Below, piece by piece: positions 16,923 through 25,900 of a stretch of 64,000 bases of DNA. A model generated the notes under the pieces. That model worked only from the letters and a program-made list of their open reading frames with translations. It did not search any database and had not been told where the DNA came from. The DNA lies in the NCBI GenBank assembly GCA_032250805.1, contig JAVVEM010000008.1:25774-89773 (forward strand), in the 5' to 3' direction. The position numbers and the translations under genes were made by a program. How positions within the stretch are numbered: the first letter of the stretch is position 1; each line of letters begins with the position of its first letter. This stretch comes from Bacteroidales bacterium. GTDB lineage: Bacteria; Bacteroidota; Bacteroidia; Bacteroidales; B18-G4.

Positions 16923-18926
16923 TCAGGATTCATCTTTGCCCTGATCATCTTCCCTGAAGAGGTCCCTGATATCATTTAATTTTTTTGCCTTGCCCAGAAA
17001 GAACAGGATATCGTTCTCTTCCAAAGTATAATTTTTATTGGGTCGTGGCTTTATTGTTCCGGCACGGCTTACAGCCAAAAGATTTAAGCCTGTCAAATTG
17101 CTGATCTCCAGTTCACCAATTGTTTTTCCATCGGCGGGGGAGTTCTTTCCAACATGTATGTTACGTATTTCTACTTCGGGCACTTGCAATTCCACACTGC
17201 CTTCTGGCATATCTGTGGCCGACAATGAACGAAGCATTTGATAGCCGTCGGAGCGGATCTCTGCAACCAGTTTTTCGATGGTATCATTGGGGATCATGTA
17301 TTTTGCCAGTACCCTGGTAAATATCTCCACCGATGTTTCAAATTCCTCAGGGATAACTTGGTCAGCTCCCAGCTCGTATAGCTCTTCCACATCCCTTACA
17401 AAGCGGGTCCTGATAATAATATGAAGATCCGGATTGAGTTTTCTTGCTTCATGAATAATACGTTTATTATCGCCAAGCATGGGCAGTGTGCTTACCAAAA
17501 TCCTGGCATCTTCGGCGTTTGCGTGCGACAGGATCTCTTCCTGCCCTGCATCGCCATAATGGATGATCTCTCCCTTATTTCTTTCATTACGTACGGTATC
17601 GGGATTAATATCAATGATGGCGTAAGAAATGCCTGCATAGCGGGCTGCATGGGCTACATTCCGTCCATTCAGGCCATAACCGATAATGACCAGGTGGTCT
17701 TTTAATTTGGCGATGGTGCTTTCGGGCCTGGGGATCAGGCCCTGCTTCAGGAACTTCGGCAAAGGCCAGGTATTGATATGATCGGCAACACGTGTTGCCA
17801 TCCAGATAACAAGGGGTGTAGCTGCCATACTCAGCACAGAAACACTCAGAAAGAGTTGGTAGTTTGCCCCTGATATCAAACCTTCCGAAACACCGATACG
17901 TGAAAGTATAAATGAAAACTCTCCTACCTGGCTGAGTGTGAATCCTACAATGATGCTTGTTCGGAGCGGAAAACCAAGGATAAAGGCAGCAAGGCCGGCA
18001 ATAATGGTTTTTATGCTGAGTACAAGGGTGGTGAAGATCAGTACCTCAATGGGATTATCGAATATAAATTGAATGTTGAGGAGCATCCCAACCGAGATAA
18101 AGAAAAAAGATGTAAATACATCCAGAAATGGCGTAACGTTGCCGAGGGCTTGCTGGCTGTACTCTGATTCGGATATCACCAGGCCTGCGATAAAAGCTCC
18201 GAGCGCCAGGGATAAGCCCATGCTATAGGTTAAAAAAGCAGCCGCAAAGGCGATCACTATGATGCTGAGCAGGAACAATTCGCGGTTTTGCGTTCTAGCC
18301 AGCTGATGCAATGCATATGGCACCACGAATTTGGCGCCCAGATATATGATCAAAGCTATGGTTGCAAATTTTAAAATGATCTCCCAGTAAGATGTCCCCA
18401 TGGCTTCAGTATTGCCTGCCAGAAGGGGAGTAATAAGCATCATGGGGACAATGATAATGTCCTGGTATATCAATACTCCCAGTGATATTCTTCCATGTGG
18501 GGCGTCGATTTCGCCTTTGTCCTGTATTAGTTTTAATACAATGGCGGTACTGCTCAGGGCAATAAGAAACCCGATAAACAAAGACTCGTTCATGGAATTG
18601 CCGAGATGAAGGGCAACAAGGGTGATCGCAGCAATGGTGACCAAAACCTGAAAGCTTCCTCCGATAAGCAATATCCTGCCGATCTTGAGGAGGCTTTTTA
18701 ACGAAAATTCAATGCCGATGGTAAACAGCAGCATGATCACCCCGATCTCGGCAATTACTTCAACATCATGAATATCACTAACAATATTTAAACCATGGGG
18801 CCCGGTGATCACTCCGGTTAAAAGAAAACCAATTACAGAAGGGATCTTCAGCCTGTGAAAGACATAAATGACTACAATTGCGAGGGCCAGTATAAGAACA
18901 ATTTCTTTCAGCAGTTCAAATTCCAT
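16923..18926 (-). CDS. Monovalent cation:proton antiporter (CPA2/Kef-type) with TrkA-N and TrkA-C regulatory domains
   Basis: 667 aa with about 12 TM helices. It continues with a Rossmann segment (HLVIIGYGLNGRNVA) and a C-terminal TrkA-C-like domain. Confidence 0.85.
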   Translation of the reverse strand: MEFELLKEIVLILALAIVVIYVFHRLKIPSVIGFLLTGVITGPHGLNIVSDIHDVEVIAEIGVIMLLFTIGIEFSLKSLLKIGRILLIGGSFQVLVTIAAITLVALHLGNSMNESLFIGFLIALSSTAIVLKLIQDKGEIDAPHGRISLGVLIYQDIIIVPMMLITPLLAGNTEAMGTSYWEIILKFATIALIIYLGAKFVVPYALHQLARTQNRELFLLSIIVIAFAAAFLTYSMGLSLALGAFIAGLVISESEYSQQALGNVTPFLDVFTSFFFISVGMLLNIQFIFDNPIEVLIFTTLVLSIKTIIAGLAAFILGFPLRTSIIVGFTLSQVGEFSFILSRIGVSEGLISGANYQLFLSVSVLSMAATPLVIWMATRVADHINTWPLPKFLKQGLIPRPESTIAKLKDHLVIIGYGLNGRNVAHAARYAGISYAIIDINPDTVRNERNKGEIIHYGDAGQEEILSHANAEDARILVSTLPMLGDNKRIIHEARKLNPDLHIIIRTRFVRDVEELYELGADQVIPEEFETSVEIFTRVLAKYMIPNDTIEKLVAEIRSDGYQMLRSLSATDMPEGSVELQVPEVEIRNIHVGKNSPADGKTIGELEISNLTGLNLLAVSRAGTIKPRPNKNYTLEENDILFFLGKAKKLNDIRDLFREDDQGKDES

Positions 18927-18972
18927 TGGCTATAGTTATTTACAAGTTGCTGCTTTTGTTTAGTGACATCTT

Positions 18973-18995
18973 AAAAAGGAAAATTTTCATTTTCC
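18973..18995 (-). terminator. Candidate intrinsic terminator after the LVIVD gene
   Basis: The minus strand reads GGAAAAT-GAAA-ATTTTCC followed by TTTTT. The stem is AT-rich and therefore weak. Confidence 0.4.
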
Positions 18996-19010
18996 GCTAT
19001 GGCATATATT

Positions 19011-19253
19011 CTACTTTTTAATGAATTTTCTACTGTTGACATTGTTCCCCGACGAAAGTTCCAGCACATACATGCCGGGGCTTAAGTTATCGGTCTGTAT
19101 TGTTTTACAGAATATTTCATCTCCCTGAGGATATTCCTGACTGAAAAGGCATTTGCCCATCAGGTCGAAAACTTTAATGTGCACATTTTCTTGTCCTTCA
19201 GCATTATAGCTTATCGATATGCGTGCATCGGCGGGGTTTGGAAACAAGTAGAT
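19011..19253 (-). other. T9SS (Por) C-terminal sorting domain of the LVIVD protein
   Basis: The last 80 aa are IYLFPNPADARISISYNAEGQENVHIKVFDLMGKCLF...GMYVLELSSGNNVNSRKFIKK. Confidence 0.75.
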
Positions 19254-21308
19254 CTGGTCCTTTACACCGATATTCTCTTCAGGAAGTGTTGTTGCCAGCA
19301 GGTTGTCGTAAACCTGCATGCCTGCGGGGCCATCGGCAATCAATGCATATCTGTCCCATGCGGTTACCCCAAGCGCGAAGCAGCCCGATCGCAGGTAGTA
19401 TGCAGAAATTTCAGGGTTTGCCGGATCACTCACGTCCACAATATGCACTCCACCCATGATATATTGCGATACATACACAAAAGGATAGGAGATGTCGATA
19501 TCCCAGGCTACATCCATAAGGGGGAGGTATGATACGGTAAATGGGTTCATGGGATCGGCTACATTGATGATTTCCAGTCCGCCTTCCTGATCAGAAATAT
19601 AGGCATAGTCGCCCCACACCTTTATATCGTTCCCTTTGCTTAACATATCGACATAACGGTTCAGGCGCACAGGCTCCTGGGGGTTTGAGATATCCCAGAT
19701 GTACAAACCCTTCGTATCTTCATCCTCAAAGGGGCCGTAATCAAGTACATATAATGTGTTGCCATAGGTGTCGAGTGCCTGCACAAAGCAGTATTCCTCG
19801 CCGGGTATGGCTCCGTTCACCCATCCCAGTTCATGGCTCAGCAGGTATGGGTTTTCCGGATCAGAATAATTCACAACCCTGAAGCCGTCCCACCAGCATG
19901 CTACATAGGCATGATTATCTTTCAACGCAAGATCATAAGTCATCACCGGAGGTGAATAGTGGCCTGATTTTACAGGGTTTTCCTTATCGGCGATATTCAT
20001 AATATTTACATGATTGCCCGAGCCCATGCTTTTTGGAATATACACTGCCACGGTATCATCGAGCTTTGTGATGGCACCCTGAGTCTCGTTATATCCAATT
20101 TGTACCGGTTCTGCAGGGTTGCTCATATCCAGAACCCTGAACCCGCCAGTACCGATATATGCATAATCGCCCGAGGCCGCAATATTAACGGTCGACCAGG
20201 CTGTTCCTGTTTCTGCTGCATATTGCGGATCTGCCGGATCGCTGATGTCGAGCAACAGAAGCCCGCCGGTATTTCCGCTTGCTGCAATCACGTTGCCACT
20301 GCCCGAAATGTATGTTTCGGGGGGATCGGTGGTTGTAACATACACAGGATTTGCCGGATCGCTGATGTTAACCGTAGTTACACCCCCGCCATTACTGGTT
20401 GTGCTGTTCGCAATATAAAGGTGATCGTTGGCTTTGGTCAGCCGCATGGGATAACCTGTAATGGCGAGCTCGCCAAGCTGCACGATCGATGACAGGTCGC
20501 TGAAATCGTAAATTCGTAAACCAAAATTGGAGGCGAGAACATAGCCGGTATCATTTATTACAATGATGCCTGTGGCATTGGTCGAAAATATTTGCTCAAT
20601 GAAAGGATTATAGGGATCAGACACATTTACGATCCTGAGTCCTGAAGTGCCCACCGAAGCATAGATATGGTCACCCTCGTAGCTTGATGTCCACACCAGC
20701 GATCCGGTAATCGGCTGATGTGAAATGATCTGTGGGTTTGACAGATCACTGATGTCGGCAATATATATGCCGTCGGCTACGGTAACGATGTAAAGATATC
20801 CATCACCGGCAAAAATACCACCCCGGGGATAGCTGTTAAGGGGTATCCTGCTCAACTTTTGTGGGTTTTCCATATCATTCAGATCCCAAATCTCTACACC
20901 CGCAAAATATGCTGCCAGGAAAAGGATTTTTGAAGAAGCATCATAAAATGAGTGATCGACAAGCGCCCGGGCCCTGATATCTGCAATCTGCAGAGGATTG
21001 TACGGATCCTGTACATCATATACCAGAACCCCCCCGCCGGATCCGTAAAATACGGTGTCGCCCGTTGGCGAACTGCTTACTGACAAACTTTGTCCGAAAG
21101 GCCAGTTACCAATGAATTGCATGTTGAGCGAATCGTAATCCAACTCCATGTTAAAGCTGTAATTGCTTCCGGGGATTGTGGGTACTTCCTCCCAAACTTC
21201 TCCGGCAGGGGGGCCGCCTGCTTCAAAGTAATACCTTGCCGGGTTTTGCTGGGCAAGGAGTAAAAGACCAATGATCCCCAAAAGGGCAGTGAATAAAACT
21301 TTTTTCAT
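19011..21308 (-). CDS. Secreted LVIVD-repeat beta-propeller protein with T9SS C-terminal sorting domain
   Basis: Signal peptide MKKVLFTALLGIIGLLLLAQ. Repeated motifs include LRIVNVSDPYNP, GLEIINVADPMNP, GVHIVDVSDPANP and FRVLDMSNPAEP. Por-type tail reads LFPNPADARISISY...YVLEL... Confidence 0.8.
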   Translation of the reverse strand: MKKVLFTALLGIIGLLLLAQQNPARYYFEAGGPPAGEVWEEVPTIPGSNYSFNMELDYDSLNMQFIGNWPFGQSLSVSSSPTGDTVFYGSGGGVLVYDVQDPYNPLQIADIRARALVDHSFYDASSKILFLAAYFAGVEIWDLNDMENPQKLSRIPLNSYPRGGIFAGDGYLYIVTVADGIYIADISDLSNPQIISHQPITGSLVWTSSYEGDHIYASVGTSGLRIVNVSDPYNPFIEQIFSTNATGIIVINDTGYVLASNFGLRIYDFSDLSSIVQLGELAITGYPMRLTKANDHLYIANSTTSNGGGVTTVNISDPANPVYVTTTDPPETYISGSGNVIAASGNTGGLLLLDISDPADPQYAAETGTAWSTVNIAASGDYAYIGTGGFRVLDMSNPAEPVQIGYNETQGAITKLDDTVAVYIPKSMGSGNHVNIMNIADKENPVKSGHYSPPVMTYDLALKDNHAYVACWWDGFRVVNYSDPENPYLLSHELGWVNGAIPGEEYCFVQALDTYGNTLYVLDYGPFEDEDTKGLYIWDISNPQEPVRLNRYVDMLSKGNDIKVWGDYAYISDQEGGLEIINVADPMNPFTVSYLPLMDVAWDIDISYPFVYVSQYIMGGVHIVDVSDPANPEISAYYLRSGCFALGVTAWDRYALIADGPAGMQVYDNLLATTLPEENIGVKDQIYLFPNPADARISISYNAEGQENVHIKVFDLMGKCLFSQEYPQGDEIFCKTIQTDNLSPGMYVLELSSGNNVNSRKFIKK

Positions 21309-21423
21309 AAGAATTCAGGTTTTGGTTTAAAATGCAGCATAAAGATAAATATTTTTTAGATATCTAATCCTGCTGTATGGGTAGTCAATAGTATAAAAGG
21401 GGGATTTCCAAGGACTCACAGCC

Positions 21424-21450
21424 AAAAAATTAACAGGGAGGTGATCCCTG
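21424..21450 (-). terminator. Candidate intrinsic terminator after the aminotransferase gene
   Basis: The minus strand reads CAGGGA-TCACC-TCCCTG followed by TTAATTTTTT. Confidence 0.45.
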
Positions 21451-21469
21451 AGGCGGCTTTTTCGGGAAC

Positions 21470-22933
21470 TTAATCCAGGTCAAACCAGGGGATTACCCAT
21501 TCGGTTTTGTCTTCAGGCTCATCTTTATGCCTGAATTCATTCAGGTGATTGTCGTAAATATAATCCACTGACCATTCTTTGTGATGTTGCCTGATCTGCC
21601 GGAGGGCGTCGATGATGATATCCAGCTCCTCGTCAGTCATGCTTGGATGGAGCGATATCCTTATCCATCCGGGCTTTTCTGAAAGGTCGCCATGATTGAT
21701 CAGGTCGGTAATATGTTTCGACTTCTCGTGACTAACATCCAGGAGAAAGTGGCCGTAGGTGCCGGCACATGCACATCCGCCTCTTACCTGTATGCCCCAG
21801 CGGTCGTTCAATAATTTTACAACCAGGTTAAAATGGATGTTTTCAATGTACAGAGAAATGATCCCGAGCCGATCTTCAATGTTGTCGGCCAGAATATGCA
21901 AACCGTCAATTTTTCGCAATTCGCTGAAAGCTTTCTGTAACAGTTCTTGTTCTCTTTTGCGCATATTGGCGGTGCCGATCTGTTCTTTTAACCTGATCGA
22001 AAGTGCGGTGCGGATGGCCTGGAGGAAGCCCGGTGTGCCACCATCTTCACGGGCCTCAATATCGTCAATATATTTGTATTCGCCCCAGGGATTGGTCCAG
22101 TCAACAGTACCGCCACCAGGCTGATCAGGGGTATGGTGATTATAGAGGTTCTTACAGAATATCAGCACCCCTGAGCTACCCGGTCCGCCAAGAAATTTAT
22201 GGGGAGAGAACATAATAGCATCAAGTTTTTCCATTGGGTCGTCAGGATGCATATTAATATCAACATATGGTGCGGAGGCTGCATAATCAACAAAACAATA
22301 TCCGCCATGTTCGTGCATGATCCTTGCCATGGAATGGATGGGTGTTTCTACTCCCGTTACATTTGAACAGGCAGTAAAGGCTCCGATCTTAACCTTCCGG
22401 TCTTTATATTTTTCAAGTTGCTGCCTTAATTCATCAAGGTCAACGAGCAGATCCCTGGCAGGCTGCAGTTGAACAACATCTGCTATGGTCTCAAACCAGG
22501 AAGTATGGTTTGAATGGTGTTCCATATGGGTAACGAAAACAACAGGTTTTTCCTTTTCCTGAATACAATTTGATCCCGTCAGCCTGCCACACTGTTTCAG
22601 GCCGAGAATACGCTGAAATTTAACCACGGCTGCAGTCATACCAAAACCGGTTGTGAGAATAACATCATCCTCATTTGCATTAACATGCTTTTTGATGATC
22701 TTCTGGGCATAGTGATATGCCTTGGTCATCAATGTGCCTGTTTCGCTTGTTTCGGTGTGGGTGTTGCCGATCCACGGACCAAAGGTATCGCGGATCTTGT
22801 CTTCGATGGGCGCATAAAAGCGGCCACTGGCAATCCAGTCGGCATAGATCAGCCTCTGTTTACCATAGGGTGTATTGAATTCCTGCTGGTGGCCAATGAT
22901 TCGCTGCCTGTATGGTTCAAAATAATTTTCCAT
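21470..22933 (-). CDS. Aminotransferase class V-fold PLP-dependent enzyme (cysteine desulfurase/lyase-like)
   Basis: 487 aa with PLP-lysine context FSPHKFLGGPGSSGVL. The fold-type I layout resembles NifS/CsdB relatives. Confidence 0.75.
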   Translation of the reverse strand: MENYFEPYRQRIIGHQQEFNTPYGKQRLIYADWIASGRFYAPIEDKIRDTFGPWIGNTHTETSETGTLMTKAYHYAQKIIKKHVNANEDDVILTTGFGMTAAVVKFQRILGLKQCGRLTGSNCIQEKEKPVVFVTHMEHHSNHTSWFETIADVVQLQPARDLLVDLDELRQQLEKYKDRKVKIGAFTACSNVTGVETPIHSMARIMHEHGGYCFVDYAASAPYVDINMHPDDPMEKLDAIMFSPHKFLGGPGSSGVLIFCKNLYNHHTPDQPGGGTVDWTNPWGEYKYIDDIEAREDGGTPGFLQAIRTALSIRLKEQIGTANMRKREQELLQKAFSELRKIDGLHILADNIEDRLGIISLYIENIHFNLVVKLLNDRWGIQVRGGCACAGTYGHFLLDVSHEKSKHITDLINHGDLSEKPGWIRISLHPSMTDEELDIIIDALRQIRQHHKEWSVDYIYDNHLNEFRHKDEPEDKTEWVIPWFDLD

Positions 22934-25900
22934 TTAATCAGATTTTGAAATTCGGATCAGGCTCACTTCGATATCACCCCCTTCGGGATAAATGCTCAGC
23001 CAGTTATTGTCTTCGCTGAACCATCTGTAAAGCGCACCGATGCGTATGATGTAATCTTTTACTCCTTCGCCGGCAGGCACCTGCAGCACCACGCCACCGG
23101 TTTTAGAGCCATTGCGGCCAAAATTAACGAGCATTTTATAATCCTGATCACTCAGGTTTCTGGCCTTTATGAGGATATAATTTTGTTTCCTCACGTTTAC
23201 AGGCAGTTCTTCGAAGTCAAAACGGCGGTCGGTATTATTGGGGATGACCTGTGCCAGCTTGTTTACGTCGGTAATGGCATTGTCATTGATGATCTTCGTT
23301 ATCCTGCTGATCATCCGTCCGGGGTATTCTTCATCGGGGAGCAGGGCTCCGGCTAGCCGGTAGCTTTCAATGGCGCCGTCGTAAATTTTTTCTTTAAAAT
23401 AATTATCAGCGTCGGCAATATATTTTTGATAGTCGACCCGCAAGGCCTCCAGCTGGGAGGCGTACAACCTGGTAACTTCATCGAGCCGGTCTCTGGCATA
23501 TTGTTCTTCCGACTTGATGTTGACTGCCGTTTGGTACGACGATTTTGCGCTGCGGTAGTTCCCCATGTCGTAATAGCTGTCGGCCTGGGCGATCGCTGCT
23601 GCATATGCCTTGTCGCGCTCTTCCTGCAGTTCTTCGAGCATTGCATTGATCTCAGCGATCTTCGATCCCGGATAACTTTCTCCGGGTTTGAGGTTTACTG
23701 CTTCTTCATAGAACTGAAGTGCCTCGAGGAAGTTTTTTGTTTCATATTTCTGATCAGCATTGCTTATCGCCCGGGCATAGCTTTCATCAATGGCTTTGTT
23801 ATATGCACGTTGAATTGCCTCTTGCCTGGCCTGTTCCTGCATAATGGAGTCAATCTCTGCGATCTTTATTCCGGGGTAGGGGGCATCGCTTTTTAACTTC
23901 AGTGCTTCGGTGTATGATTTCCTGGCCGATACATAGTTTTCGTTGGCCATAGCCTTATCGCCGGCGGCGATAGCATTGCTGTAACGCTCTTCAATTTCTT
24001 TCAGCCTGTTCATTTCTTCAATGATCCCATTCACCTCTTCAAGTTTTATACCGGCATATTCATCAGCGGGTTTGAGCTCAAGAGCTTCGGTAAATGCTTC
24101 ACGTGCGCCAGTATATTCTTTGTCAATCAGGAGCTTATCGGCCCTTGCAATGGCCGCAGCATAGGCAGTTTCAATTTCCTGTTCCCTGGCCTGTTCTGCC
24201 AGGATACTGTCTATTTCAACTATTTTATCGGCAGGATACTGCTCAGTTGCTTTGATCTCCAGTGCTTTTACAAATTCAGTGCGGGCCTGTTCATATTCTT
24301 TGTTGATCAGGAAGCTTTCGCCCCTTGCGATGGAATTGGCAAAATTTTCTTCCTTCTGACGCTGCTCTTCCATGGCCAGAAGCAGGGCGTCGATCTCTGC
24401 GATCTTCGTGGAGGGATAGGCTTCATCAGCTTTTATCTTCTGCGCACGCACATAGGCTTCGCGGGCTTCCTCATATTGCTGATTACCAAGAAAATTGTCG
24501 GCAGTGCTTATTGCAATACTATATTGTTCGTTTTGTTTTGCAATCCTGGCCTGCTCGTCAAAGATCAGCTCAATAGCGGCAATTCTGTCTGCCGGGTAAG
24601 TCTCATCAGGCTTTATATCGGCAGCTTTGCTGTATGATGCGCTGGCTTCCTCGTATTTTTCTGAGGCAAATAAACTGTCGGCCCTTGCAATGGTCGCGGC
24701 ATAAGCTGCTTCGGTGGCCTGTCTTTGGGCTATTTCGGCCAGGATGCCGTCAATTTCGGTGATCTTTCCGGCAGGATATGTTTCTTCTGCTTTTATCGCC
24801 AATGCTTCATTGTAGGCTGCCCGGGCTTGTTCATATTGCTGGTTTTCGAAGTATGCATCGCCCCTGCCAATGGCTTCGGTATAGCTTTCTTCTATGCCCT
24901 CAAGGCGGGCAATCTCAGCAAGCCTGGAATCAATCGCCCTGATCTGCTCTTGAGGATATTGCTCACCTGGTTTCAGGCCGGCAGCTTTCTGGTAGCCGGC
25001 TTTTGCTTCGGTGTATTTTTCGTCAGCAAGCAGCTCGTCGGCTTCGGCGATCGCTTTGGCATAATTTTCATCCAGGATCCTCTGCTGCTCAATCGCATCA
25101 ACAGTATTGTCAATTTCATTGATCTTTTCCCGTGGATAGCTTTCCTGCGGTTTCAGTTCCAGGGCCCGGGCAAACTTTTCTCTGGCTGCTTTAAAATTCT
25201 CCTGTCCGAGCAATGCGTCCCCCTCGCTTATGGCCTGGGCATAATCGGCATTCAGACGGGCCAGCCGCTCGGCTTCAGCTGCTTCTGCTGCCACAATATT
25301 GCCAATTTCTTCGATCTTTTCTGCCGGGTAAGTCTCATCGGGCTTAATACTTTCAGCTTCGCTGTATGATGCGATGGCTTCCTTGTAATTTGCTGCGGCA
25401 AATAAACGGTCGGCACTTGCAATGGCTGCGGCATAGGCTGCTTCGGTGGCCTGCCTTAGGGCTGTTTCGGCCAGGATACCGTCAATTTCGGTGATCTTTC
25501 CGGCAGGATATGTTTCTTCTGCTTTTATCGCCAATGCTTCATTGTAGGCTGCCCGGGCTTGTTCATATTGCTGGTTTTCGAAGTATGCATCGCCCCTGCC
25601 AATGGCTTCGGTATAGCTTTCTTCTATGCCCTCAAGGCGGGCAATCTCAGCAAGCCTGGAATCAATCGCCCTGATCTGCTCTTGAGGATATTGCTCACCT
25701 GGTTTCAGGCCGGCAGCTTTCTGGTAGCCGGCTTTTGCTTCGGTGTATTTTTCGTCAGCAAGCAGCTTGTCGGCTTCGGCGATCGCATTGGTGTAATTTT
25801 CGTTGAGAATACGCTCCTGCTCAAGGGCGGCAAGTATATTGTTGATTTCTTCTATCTTTTGTCTTGGATATTCTTCGTCGGTGAAGATATCTGCAGCTTT

